Part shown: positions 14,301 to 26,467 of the stretch, piece after piece | Layout: every line of letters begins with the position of its first letter | Numbering within the stretch: position 1 is the first letter of the stretch | Origin: Magallana gigas | Taxonomy: Eukaryota | Direction of reading: 5' to 3' | DNA length: 64,000 nt | Assembly: GCF_963853765.1 (NCBI RefSeq) | Contig: NC_088858.1 | Span: forward strand, 10,850,001 to 10,914,000 | Made by a program: the position numbers and the translations under genes | Notes under the pieces: model-generated | The model's input: the letters and a program-made list of their open reading frames with translations, nothing else | The model's database searches: none | What the model was told of the DNA's origin: nothing

Positions 14301-16913
14301 GCTCGGGAGCGGAACTTCCGGCAGCCATAAATGTAGCCCCTGCCACATCCTCGCTTAGTCCTAGTTTCTAAACAAAACATTTAAAAACTTAAGTGATTGG
14401 ATTCGAATAACTCCATGTAAATGTATGTCGTTTTAATTAGATATATGAAATTAGTCGAGACAAATTTATGTATGGGTTGTTTTAGAAGTCAATGCAGCGG
14501 CGTTTAATTGGGAGGGAGGAGATGGTTGAGGCCAAAAACGAGCTTTAAGAAAAAGCCCGAAGAGTATAGCTTTTTCTTTTAATGTATGATTGTACTTTTA
14601 GTTTATCATATTTTTTTCTATGATTTTAACATTTCATAACATTGAGAGACTTACCGCACTGATTTTATCAAGAGACGTAACGAAGTATTCGTCACATACA
14701 ATAGCAAGTGCAATAAACATATAGATGACCATGATGAGATGTAGAATGAGGCCGCCATGTTGTCTTTGTTCATTGTTGAAGGCATCTGGTGGAAACTCAA
14801 GGTATGCTGTAATCAATATAAATCAAGATATTTCGAGTTACATAACATTTAATTGCATTACTACTTTGTTCTGTTAAAAATTCCACAAAAATTAATTTGT
14901 TCCAGGTGAAATCAATATAAGCGTTTGTGAATATTGTCTGCTTGTCTGGCTTTGAAAACTTTATTAGCTACTCCTTAATGCACCGTACAAATAGATAGGC
15001 TAAAACATTAAACAGTGCTTGCCTGTGTGAAAAATCAGCTGTATATTGCCTTTGCTATTATAATACTTTGATTTTAATTGCAAGTATGAAAACATCCCAC
15101 AATAATCTGAGGAGCCTATCCTACAAAAAAGGTGTACTTATGAGACCTTATAGCTTAATAACCTTATAGCACCGCGCATAATAACTTAGATTAGAGACAA
15201 ACTTCAGTGTGTCCTTCAGAAATAGTGAATAGTAAAAACAGTGTTTATACAGTATGATTTCGGACGTCTTTATGATCATATACAGTGTATATCAATAACC
15301 AATAAACTTTCTTCCATCAGCTACATGTATGAAGGATGTGGTTTTTTAAAGACACTCTGATTGTGGGGGTTTTGAAAGGATTGAAGAGTTGCGGGGGCAT
15401 TCAATATGGTTCATTATTAATCACCATCTTAAATCATAAGATATTGATCCATAACCTTGAATTCCTTCATTTTTGTATAGAGCACAACAAATTCATCATA
15501 AATCACCCCAAGAAAGCCCCAAACACCACTACTTTACCACGTTCCGTTCTAAATTGGGGTTACTACGATGTCCTTTACAAATATTTGGATTCCTTCTAAT
15601 CGTTTTTTATTACAAAATCGAACTTTTCTTAAGTATACTTACCGTCGAGAAAAAATACGTCATGTTAATGTTAACAAGAATCTGAGGAATTGGGTGGGTT
15701 TTTTTTATTTAAATATGTTTTAGGCGCTAAGAATTGAAGTAAGGATAAAGATACTAGTACTTCATAAGGCCTTCACATTTTTTTCCTTTACTAGTGAATC
15801 TAAACTCATAACTAAAGCAAAACTTTGTTTCATCTTGGGAAGAGGTTACAGATTCGTAGAACTTTTCAATATATCACAGACGTTCATATTGATAACAGTG
15901 GCACAGGATCCACAGATTCTCTGATTCTTCACAAAAAAACGTGTACGTGTAATTTAGAGAGGTTTCACCATATATGTTTCTTTTCTAAAATACGGTTTGC
16001 GTTTGTTTTTTGTTTTGTTTTGTTTGTTTTTTTTTTTTGGCTAATTTCGATGGGGTAAACGGCTATCTTCTCTAATCTTCATCAATTTAAAAAATGTGTT
16101 GGCCGATATTCAGTATAAACCTTGGCTTTCAGCAAATGATACCATTGAAGTATGTATTCCAGCATTTCAAACATATCTCTCTTTTGTTATCAAAACATCC
16201 AGATTCCATATCCTTCGCATGAAGTCAATCTTAGTTTAGCAAATATTGTTTTTATGCAGACTGAAGCCATATTTGCTGTGTGTGCTGCACTACGAAATCG
16301 TTAAATGCAAAACATCCTATCAATGGATTAAAACCAACGATACACAAGCCGAGTTTACCGAGAACTCCTCTTTTCTATTCGCAAAAAGTTTGTACTTAGA
16401 TAAACGACATACACAGGAAATTCCATGTAGGTATGTTCTTTCATCGAATAATTTTACCAATACACAAGAAAAACTTAATATCTCGCTGTCTAGACCTATA
16501 TAGAATTTGCAGATAAGGCGATAAATCTAATTAATAAGTTGAGATTTTGATTTCCCAAACTTTTCATGAGTCACATTTCTACAGTTCATTTTCAATGGCC
16601 CGATGTGAATTTCGCAGTGTTTTGTAGCTATTTGTTTTTATTTTGAAGTAAAATGTTACTTTCCACCAGTTTTACTATCCGTCCATAACAAACTAACACA
16701 AAGCCAAAGCTTACCAGGTTCCGTACAAAACTGCCTTTTCAGCACCGTGATATTTGGAATGACGTTACTGGCAGACGAATTTGTAATATTGGGAGCAGAC
16801 GATGTCAGAAGATGAAGTGTGGTCGTCCAGAAGATGGTGGTCGGGGACTCATAAGAAGGTGTTGTATCGACGGTTGATGGCAAAACTGTCGTCTGATTAG
16901 TTCTGTTGGCCAT
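2384..16913 (-). CDS. SLC24A: K+-dependent Na+/Ca2+ exchanger (NCKX3/4-like), 17 coding exons, 591 aa
   Basis: Exons (minus): 16913-16715, 14806-14655, 14367-14283, 13985-13882, 12593-12519, 11759-11680, 11588-11485, 11005-10897, 10746-10650, 10428-10325, 10196-10138, 9860-9770, 9346-9268, 7108-6994, 6688-6576, 3217-3152, 2527-2384. All are GT-AG and phase-consistent (1776 nt). Motifs: alpha-1 repeat [25 protein letters not shown], alpha-2 repeat [38 protein letters not shown]. The paralogue and the start codon are less certain. Confidence 0.95.
3355..3600. repeat. Degenerate ~19-20 bp minisatellite (AAACTTACTGTAGTACCAG-like), distal part
   Basis: Repeated aaacttactgta/gtaccagaa motifs. The same motif resumes at 5845-5977 and 6472-6590. 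Confidence 0.7.
3744..5493. mobile_element. Non-autonomous hAT-like DNA transposon
   Basis: TIR CAGGGATGGGG...CCCCATCCCTG, perfect 8-bp target duplication CACATTAT (3736-3743 and 5494-5501), and AATTAC subterminal repeats. Confidence 0.85.
4911..5377. mobile_element. TA-flanked MITE, copy A2, nested inside the hAT-like element
   Basis: TIR tagtctgtcccaagatattt / aaatatcttgggacagagta. The body is homologous to A1. Confidence 0.85.
5982..6467. mobile_element. TTAA-flanked non-autonomous DNA transposon (Kolobok-like)
   Basis: TTAA|AGGGGCATGGT ... ACCATGCCCCT|TTAA. A TTAA target with purine-purine termini is typical of Kolobok. Confidence 0.8.
7475..7571. repeat. Imperfect long hairpin, core of a palindromic interspersed repeat
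   Basis: tcaatacggtgattaagctacc...aagtacaatatt pairs with aatattgtactt...ggtagctaaatcatcgtattga. Family not assigned. Confidence 0.6.
7651..7742. repeat. Hairpin core of a palindromic interspersed repeat
   Basis: gtatgaagatttatt...aatcatatttccc-[gagggcaaagcccaa]-gggaaatatgatt...aataaatcttcatac. Confidence 0.65.
8871..9170. mobile_element. Probable MITE remnant with subterminal inverted repeats
   Basis: Inverted repeat at 8905-8929 and 9130-9154 (agaaccattttaacaaggccttgga / tccaaggtcttgttaaactggttct). Begins at a TTAA. Confidence 0.45.
12290..12530. repeat. 28-32 bp minisatellite derived from an NCKX exon end plus 5' splice site
   Basis: About 8 units reading CTGATTCTG|GTAAGACAT on the minus strand. 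The first unit is the real exon 12593-12519 junction. Confidence 0.85.
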
Positions 16914-19726
16914 ATTCTAGCCACTGACCAGTCTCGTGCTGAAATAATGATAACATAATCTCATTGAGTGATATATTGATTGAGTGGAAATCAAATTGGA
17001 AGTGAGAGTCACCGATGTTGTAGCAAGATTGTTTCTTTTAATTTGGACTGCAGAATTCTACAGTATCCCGGCAATTCATGATCGTCTGCGTAAACCCGTG
17101 CTTCATTAATTACAGGAACTTGATAATGGTTGCTCAGAGAAGTGAACACGATGTTTGAATAAGGTCGGTCACTGACAAGACGAATTTCTTGACAAACTGT
17201 ATGGATCTCGAGTAATAAATGTTACATATTTAGATCGTCGTATTTTGTTAAGTCAAAAGGAACATCTGAATGCAATCTTTTAATATATGAATCACTTAAT
17301 AATAATTTTAAGATTCAATTGTTCTTTTTATCCGAAGACTAGAATCAAACAATAATATTTGAGTACCATCTGCTTTTTTGACTTATGTTTATTTTGTTTG
17401 TTTTAAATACAACAGTTTAAAGGGATAATGGTGTTTTAATGCAAGCATTTTAAGAACAAAAATGTCAAAAGAATATTAGTAAATCTTTTCTTTTTAAAAA
17501 CTTGTAGAACAGCGCTAACCACTGAATTCCTTCCAATTAAAATTACAACATAAAAATCTGATCATGAATAATTTTAATTGAACTGGTAAGGGAAGACGAT
17601 GTTCTCATATTGATCATCACCTTTAAATACCAATTTCCTTAAATAAACCAACTACCGGTATCGACTTAATCAGTCATGAAAAAGTCTCTTCTACCAATCG
17701 ATGGCAATGTTGTTAGGTAATTTACACTTTGACCCCCCCCCCCCCTCCTTTTTGACACTCCCTTCCTTTCGCTGACTTGGTGTCGTTAGAAAATCATGAA
17801 GTCTTTAACGTCACAGGGTAACACTGAATTAAAATCAAATCAAAGAAAGACAAAGGGCGAGAGTAGGGCGTGGGAGAACAGTGGTTGGAGATGTTACGGA
17901 GGAAGATCTTCACAGCTTCAAATCGACCAGCAAACGCGGTTACAAAGCCGCAATCTTGCAATCCGATGATTAGAAATAAGTTCTTTATACTATTGGCAAC
18001 CTTTATACTAAGTTCAATCAATGATGTTGGTAGAATATCGAGAATCCGCTATACCACAGAAATGACAGAGCCCACTCTCAGAATCTCTGTTATCAGATGA
18101 TGCAGGGCTTGATGGCATTCTAGTTATCTCTGATCTTCTATAATAAACTTGGTTCATAGAAATTTATTTGGAAAGGATCATTATTAGAAGTCGTTAGATG
18201 AATGTATAATTCTCAGAGATTTAAAAGTACTCTAGCACCAGTGGATGTGGAAATGGAATGTCATTTTACTAACAGTTACAGCTAGGTCCCAATTTCAATG
18301 ATGATGGTTGTTTCTTTTATGTTTGCATCAGGTCGAGAATATTTCCCTCACTTCGAAGCTCAACCATTTCTTCTGGTCGACTTTCAAAAACATTTATGTT
18401 TCATTACAAGTTTTATTTGAATCAAATCTTTTTGAAAACATGAAAAGTTACACTACTGAATATTGCTGCTAATTCATTTCGACATTGAAAACTAGCTTGA
18501 CATTGGTCAATCCAAAAATAGATATACAAATACCTATATTAGATACTAGTAGATACTAAAATTTCAGTAGTGTAACTTTTCACGTTTTCAAAAAGATTTT
18601 ATTCGTTTCTAGTTTTTCCGTAAGTATCGTCAAACCCCTTATAACTACCATTCTTGTTAAAATTTACTGCAATTTGTTGCTGATAAACGTTAGGCTCTTA
18701 CATTCGTGTACATTGTTGCTTGATAGTAAGTACCACAACTGGCGATCGCCGAAGACCTCATAGATATACGCTGTGCAGTACATGATTCTATCGAAAATGT
18801 TATTTCGGTTTGATCAATTATTGTGTATATTGCCACATTTATTCTTTTCTTTTTTTTGAAAGAAAAAACGATTCTGAAGCCAGAGTTGATACAATAGTCG
18901 ATGTAGCGTTGCGATATCCTATTTAATTTGTATTTTGAAATAAGTCAGGTATTGAAATAAGTTCATGGTATTCATACGACTTGATTTTTTTCTTGAAATT
19001 AATTAAAGGGTATTTTGCTTGTCCACGCAGTCTTCGTCACATTTGTTCTACGTCTATTAATAACATCAATTAAGCATCTTTATCAGGTTTCTCCGGTAAC
19101 ATGCATGTTTTTCTTTATAAATGTTTGCATATGTATTGAAGATTTGATATTGTTACAGACGTATAACCATTTTGGTTTTATTTTCAAATGTACGGCATGC
19201 AGACGCTATCTCTTATGTAATAATATGACACAAGACATGAAGGAAAGCATTCCTGTAAGAGACATCGGCTATAACGCTGTCTATCACATTTTCTCTTTGG
19301 CTATTTTTTGGCCTATAAAATTCTTGAATAGTTTCTCAATAAAACCGACGTCAATCATCTTGCAGAAGAAATAACTAGGTTTTTATTGTAAAGGATATTT
19401 CATTTTACTTCCCTTCTCTTTAATAGGAATATGCTTTCTACAGAATTTAACCGTTTCTCGATAAACATTGATCGACCCAGAGGAAATGTTTTTGTTACAC
19501 CGTTAGTTCTTGTCGCGACTGGGTTTTTTTAATTGTCTTTTTTTTTTGTTGGACATACATATCAGTGTGGTAGTACGTTTTGTAAGCAGACGTAAAATTG
19601 ACCTACCAATCCATTCACGTGATAATTTATGGAATCTAAGCCGTTCCCATAACAACGGCTCGATGTCAATGATCTACGAATTAATTACGTCTTATTTAGG
19701 GATTTTAAGTATACTGTATGTATATG

Positions 19727-19729
<3 letters not shown>

Positions 19730-19787
<58 letters not shown>
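19730..19787. repeat. (CT)n microsatellite
   Basis: Directly visible ~58 bp TC run with one interruption. Confidence 0.97.
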
Positions 19788-20341
19788 CCCTTAAATGTAA
19801 GGGGTTTTCCCGGCTTATTACAAATCTGTTGATCTGACTCCTCGCTATGGGATTAAAGGTAACTATCTGCTTCGATCGAGCTAGTTTGCATTGTTTTATA
19901 TAGTATGCGTTAACAAAGTGTACAAAGCAGCATTTATAAAACCAAAGCATCAAAGATCGAGTGATGCAACAAGTATTGGATGGAACGGAATAGTTACTCA
20001 GTTATCTATTTAATCCGTGATTTTCATTTCAAAGCAAAATTATTTTCTCCAAATATTAAAACAGAAATTTTATAAGACCTCTAGATACAGCTTTTGTTAG
20101 ATAGAAATTAGAAAGCGTGAAAAACTTAACGTGACTTGCAGGTGATTTTTACAAAAGAAAATGGTCAATATAACTATGTAAATTTTGATTTCTGTCGATG
20201 ATAACTAGATACAATAAAGATTTTCATTTTTTACAGCTTCACGAATTTCTTTTCAAAATTATTCAAACACTTCTTTCAATTTCATACTATAGTATCTGAA
20301 TAAAAACAACATACACAAATCCTCAAAATTTCTTTTCTTAC

Positions 20342-20880
20342 CGGGGAGTGTTCTTGTTAAATCCGCCGATAATCCAGCGATAATCCAGCGAAAGCTTCGG
20401 TGTCTGCGGCGCCCTACTGCTAGCTTAACTGAGCCCAGGAATGATTGAAAACTCCGGATCGATAGGACAACTCGGAGGCAAATATGTTCGTCAAATGGAC
20501 AACAGACCCCAGTTCATTCCACCCCGACAGTAATATGATGACTGCACGGATAATGGTATCGGGTGGTGATGGGGCACCTGTTATGTCGACGGGTAGAAAT
20601 GAAAATTGCCCTAATAAGGCCCCTGCTGCTGGATCCGTGTAAGGATTTGTTTTTCTCATCCGATTTTGGATTTGATTGACTTCCTGGTCGAGTCACAGTG
20701 TGGCACGCGGGGCTCTGATTGTATACAGCTTATTCTGAGCCCTGTCAGATCTTTACCTCCCGGGAGTCGAGGAGTCGCCGTAAATGAAGCAGGGATAAAT
20801 GAATGCAACACATTTTACGGGACCAAACGGTCGACAACGGAACTAATGAATTGTTTTGTATGTGGGTCCGCGATCTCCAA
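20342..20880 (-). other. Candidate non-coding 5' exon / promoter of the NCKX gene
   Basis: GC-elevated island ending in a strong minus-strand donor CCG|GTAAG at 20342. No ATG-initiated frame reaches the donor. The upstream boundary is a guess. Confidence 0.4.
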
Positions 20881-22067
20881 AGAATCGTATTCCTTTACCA
20901 TTCTTTATGAATGTAATAAACTAGAAATATTGTAATTCTTCCGTTTTTAATGCGACATCATAGCTTCCGTGTCTTAGGTTAGGGAATCATTGGTTTATTG
21001 AATATTTTCCTGACCAGCTATTTAGGTATTGTCCTTTCTAATCACTTTAAGTTTGGCTTAAAGCAAAAAGAAGCGGTAGAATATCTACAAGACTCTGTAT
21101 ATGTGTATCAGAATTGGTGGAATCGATTAATTTTGTATGCTCTTGAGTATGTTAGGTAGTTTAGCAAGATTTCTAGTCGTTGGGTTTAATATTACGTGCA
21201 AAACCCATTTCCAATTGAATTACGAATTCAATTAGTCTGATTTTTGTTTCATAATTTAAGTGAGAAAAAAAATTCACCGAATGTAAAAAACAAAACTGCC
21301 ATGTTAGTCAAAATTGCCATGTTTGGCATTTTATCGTATTTTCTAAGGGAAATAGTAGTCGACTAGACAAAGTGTTTCATTAACACTTCACGTTTAAATG
21401 TAAACTATAACATGAAAAAAATGTCTTTCTCGATGTGTTCATTTTGGTAATGGCGCGGAGCAAAAGGGGATTAGTAAAACTTCTGGTGGGTTAAGACTAG
21501 ATTTTTATCACCATGAGATTTTAAACATCGGATGTTCAGCGTTCAATCAATATTTATATCCTCTGTTACCATTCCAAAGTCTGGGTTCTTCACAAGCATA
21601 AAAGCAGCCCAACGTTAAAAATAGCGAAAAGGGGATTGATAGTTAATAAACTGAATGAGTGGCTGCAAAAAAGGCTTCTAAAAATATAGTAGACAGCGAT
21701 TGCAAATATTGCTGGACGTCAAATTTCACGTGGTTTTTGGAAAATTCCCTGTCATTATTGAGAGCACACAATTAGATTGTGAGAGCACATGACTTTAATT
21801 ATTTGACTTGCATAACAGAGCATGACGTCATGGTTTCAAACACAGTCGGTAATAAAGGTTTAAAATGCAAAACAAAAAACTCCTTATGATATTAATCAAG
21901 ATCTTGATCTCTTGAACATCAGTTTCTTGAGAATAACTATATACTTATCTATTAAGTTCCTCGGTTTCAAATCGTTAAAGTCTTCGTTTCCAACGGAAGA
22001 CCTTGTTGTTTTTGTGGATTCTTATTATTGAGGCCGTCCGTTAGAAACAGAAGACCGTATGATTTAA

Positions 22068-22381
22068 GGTGGAATAACACACCTGGAAAAAGTCACTCAG
22101 ATTAACTGTAAGTTATTTGATTATGAAAGATATAATGATAAATTAACTATACATGTGTCAAATAAGCGAAAAATTTGCAAATTGGGGGAAAAAATGAATA
22201 TCTAAAAAAATTAATTTAGTAAGTAACAGCAAAAGCCCCTGCAGGATTCGAACTCGGTATGTACGGATCACAAGCCCGACACTTTATCCACTCGGATATG
22301 AGTAAGTTATACAATTTTTTTTTATAAAACAAAACGTCGTTTCGATCAGAGGTCAGCCATTTTATGATGTGTTTTTCCACC
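22068..22381. mobile_element. TTAA-flanked Kolobok-like element carrying an internal tRNA-like sequence
   Basis: TTAA|GGTGGAATAACAC ... GTGTTTTTCCACC|TTAA. Internal minus-strand A-box/B-box (GTTCGAATCC) at ~22233-22302. Confidence 0.75.
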
Positions 22382-22489
22382 TTAAGCATTGAATGCTCAG
22401 TCGTCAGTCATAAAGCACAGCAAGGCGGTGCAGACAATCTGAATACTGAACGTTAGCGCAGTATGATAATTTATCATAATATTTGCGTT

Positions 22490-22575
22490 GTGTCAAACAG
22501 GTTACTATGGTATCAACTGTTCTAACTCGTCTCCTAAGCCAAATTATCATGATTATGGCAGACAACCAAAGCGGT
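22490..22575 (+). pseudogene. Degenerate EGF-like (MEGF10/SCARF-type) exon fragment
   Basis: Translates CQTGYYGINCSNSSPKPNY.., resembling the CxxGYYGxNCSxxCxxPNYG repeats, but with cysteines lost. It is followed by a GTAAT donor. Confidence 0.35.
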
Positions 22576-22936
22576 AATGCAATTATTTTTTTAAATTAAA
22601 AATGAATCGTTTTCTTTTTAATGATATAGTAAGGAAAAATGAATAATATATTTAATCCGATCGATGTACTTCAATTAAAAAAATTCACTACTTTGTATTA
22701 CATGCACATTTCTATGAAAGATGAAAGTGAAAGTAATACGCGGATTCTTAATCTGTATTGACCATGACCCTCTGTGACTTAATATGTCAGACATTGCACT
22801 AGTTTTCTTTAATCTAACTTTCCCAGACAAACTGCAAAATTCTTAATTCTTCGTACACATGTATACATGTATGTGCAAGGAATCTGTCCTAGGTATATAA
22901 AAAAGCAGTGCGTAATTTTCTTTCCGGAATGATCCC

Positions 22937-23995
22937 ATCTTCATAACCCACATGAATTATCAAAGAAAGCAGTTTATTATTTATGTTTAATATTAATATA
23001 CCTTTCTTTTAACAAAATAAACAGTAAGTAAAAGTAACTTAATTGTTAATGAACATCAATAAGTTAGATAAAAGAAATGTCCAAATCGTCCTATATAGAA
23101 ATGAGTCAGCCATCATCATGATTATTTCGTGCAGTCCGTGATTTTTCTTGGGTTGCTGAAGGTTTCGACCATCGATAAGTTGAATCTTGTAGATTTCAGT
23201 CCTGTCAGTTTCTGCAGGGCTGTGAACTTCAATCAAATTTCGTAAGAATAGAAGGAATCGTACTTGATGAATGTAAATATGTTGATTTAGATTATTTAAT
23301 TTCGTTCACTCCTCTAATGCAGCGTCAAATAGCATCGTGGTTGAGATGATAAGATGAAAAATCGCTTTTACAAATACTTCATAATCATTCAATTTGATAA
23401 AATGGGGAGTTTGCATCAACTTTCGTTGTTTTCGATAAGTTTGGCAAATATCTAGGACATTTTGACACGATGCGTTCACTTCAACAATAAAATGCTTTCT
23501 TTGATGATTCATGCGGGTTATGAAGGTAGCGAATTGCAGAAAAAATACATAACCCGCGTAAGCAATGATCGCTTCTTTCATAACCCGCATGAATCATCAA
23601 AGAAAGAATGCTGTTTTATATTTACATCCTTCTTTTAACAAATTAATTAATTGATCTTAAAAGTAAGAAAAATTAACCAAATTATTGTTAATGTACATCA
23701 GTACGTTAGGTAGAAGAAACAGCCAAATCGTCTCCTATGGGAATTTGAGTCTGGCATCATCATGATTATTTCGTGCAGTCCGTGACTTTTCTTAGGTCGT
23801 TGTAGGTTTCGACCAATCAATAAACGGGGCGTGTAGATTTCGTTCCTGTCAGTTTCAGTCGCTGTATGTTTCGACCAATCGATAGACGGGGCGTGTAGAC
23901 TTAAGTAAGGCTGTTTCTATAGGGCTTTGAATTACCTACGAGTTTTCGTAAGAAATGGAGGGAATCATACTCGGTGGATGTAAATATATCATATT
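22937..23995. repeat. Diverged tandem duplication (units ~22937-23300 and ~23577-23995)
   Basis: Colinear similarity, e.g. catcatcatgattatttcgtgcagtccgtga occurs in both units. Confidence 0.85.
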
Positions 23996-26467
23996 AAGAA
24001 TGCTATTGTAAATCTACGTTCAATGGCATTTTATTGTAACTTTTTTGCAATGCCGCATTACAATATAATAGTTCTTTAATGTGCTTTAGATATTCATAGT
24101 TTAAAAAGATTTTTTTAAACTCTAAGCTCTCTTTCTTTTATAATACAATACAAACACGAGGGTTGGTTTTTTTTTTTAATTTATCAGGACTAGACACATC
24201 GATTTCATACATAGAAATGCACATGTACGTGTTATAACAAACCCGAAATATTACCCTCAAAACTTATTCCAGATCACCATGGAACATCTATACAAAATTG
24301 TATCAATAAAAGTCTTTGAAAATTAAAAATTTAAATTACTGAAAATTAATAATACAGCAGAAGAATGACTATATGGGAAAATGGAAATATATAGAAATGA
24401 ACCAAATCAATATACATTGTATATGATTGATTGATTGATTGATTTGACGAATCAACAGCTCAATATAAAGGAAAACAGAGACAGAAATGAAATCAGTAAG
24501 TTCTTAGAAAATATGTTGATGATGAAATCATTTAAATAAAAGTATAAAAAATGTTTGTTAGATTCATGCAACAAATATGATCCTCCAAAAGTAATATATA
24601 ATGTTGTGAATGAATTTTGAAGAAGTTGTCTTGTTTATGGGTTTTGACCACAACATTACTTCACAAGAATATTAATGGTTGAATAACCTGAATCAAAAAT
24701 GACAAATCTGGATATGTATGGTAGAAAACTGAATGTTGATGAAGAAGACAATGATGAACAAGAATACAGAAACTGCCAGCATGCACTTAATAAGTTAATG
24801 ACTAAACTTTTATAGAAAATAGAACTTTTTTGTACAAAAAAGTGAATAAAAATCATTCTTTTCCCTTAATTTACACATGGTTAAAAGTGGTAAAAGTAAT
24901 TTCAATTTTACGAAAATTTTATCTCCTTCATTAGTCTAGAACTATTTCCCCATACACATATGCATTAAAGAGCAATCTTCCATACCTGATCACACGACTG
25001 AGAGAAATACCTGTTTATCTGTCAGAGCTCTCTATGATTGTAACAAATGTACCATAATTAAATCAATGATTTCTTTAATATTAAGTACATTATGAAGTTG
25101 ATTTCCATGTACTCAAGAATGATGAAAAAATATCCATATGTATAATGTGTACTTTCCCTAATGACTTGTTTTAATCACAGTATGTATTCATTTTGAACAT
25201 TGAGAAATCTAAATAAGAACAATTATTTTATTGTACATGCATGTGGCCACTGAATGTTACATAAAAATATATCAAATAATAATGGCCAGTAACTGTGACT
25301 TTTATGGAGAGAATTGTTTACTTTTTTATTGAATTTATTCCATATACATGAAATATTGACTTTGTTTATTTCTCTTTCATATACAGGAATAATCAAAGCA
25401 AATACCTGTACAAGCACATATTGTAATTATGATTTTTCCAAATGCACATAACAAGGCCACCGAGTAAGATTAGGTTTGCATATGACTGAGTTTTCCAGTT
25501 TGTAATAAGTCCACATTCATTTTTTCCTATTCATTTTAAAAGCAATATTGTAATAAATTTGGTGTATTTGTATATGTATATTGTATGTGTTTTTTTTAAA
25601 TTTCAATTAACCACTATTACATAAATGTCAGTAGTATTTTGTACAAATCGGTGAGCAACAAAAATGCTCATTTTGGTATCATGAATGCTTTATGCAGGTA
25701 TATTATACATGTAGCAATGAATTCCAATTATTCATTATTCTATTCCTTATCACATGTTCCTTTCATACTATTAAATTTTTAACTTACTAAAAACAAGTGA
25801 AAACTTCTCCCTGACAAAAAAGGGTACATAAATAATTATAAAAAAAAACAATTCACCCAAATGTATTTTACCCTTTCCAAAATTAACACTCAGAAATTCT
25901 GTATGAGCAAAATAATAATGAAAATTTTCATTTAATGAAAACTCTGAGGATAAAACATTTAGTACAAGCACATACATAAAATAAGAGAGTGCAAACACAG
26001 GGGAAGTTATTAGTTAAGGATAAAAGCATTAAATTATTATTATAGCCTGTACATTCATTATATTTTTTATCACTATGTCAAAACCATTCAAACAACTTTT
26101 TTAAAAAGTTGTGCAAATCCCAATTTTTTATTTTTTTTTTACACAAGCTTGAGCTGTATGCATCTTATACCTCACTGTCTGAACAACCGTACACAAACAG
26201 GGCACCAAGTATAGATATACACCCAGCATCATTACAATCAACATAGATAAAATTATTCTGTGTGTTACATTATTTTTTACAGCAAACGCTTGCTTGGAAA
26301 GACATCAAGCATACCAATGAATCTGACTCAGTTGTAGAAAGAATCAAAAACATTAACAGTGCATTCATCATTTTCATTGGCACCATCTTCTCACTCTAAC
26401 TCTGCACACATAAAGCCTTGGGTGAGATTAAATCACAATATCATGGTCCAATCACAGTCTGGGATTT

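Noticed and set aside
17761-18120. GC-elevated stretch with short ORFs on both strands in an NCKX 5' intron
   Set aside because: No coherent frame, motif or splice-compatible link to NCKX. It may be a decayed TE.
19510-19953. ORFs with SLSLSL / ERERER tracts
   Set aside because: Translations of the (CT)n microsatellite.
20420-20696. 79-aa and 60-aa minus ORFs in the GC-rich island
   Set aside because: Both stop before the donor at 20342 and show no homology I recognise. At best they are uORFs.
22233-22302. tRNA-His-like gene
   Set aside because: The acceptor stem does not pair, and it lies inside a TIR element. Treated as tRNA-derived, as are 51245-51345 and 58242-58331.
23306-23590. 94-aa minus-strand ORF between the tandem units
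   Set aside because: No recognisable domain or splice context, and it overlaps the inverted repeat.
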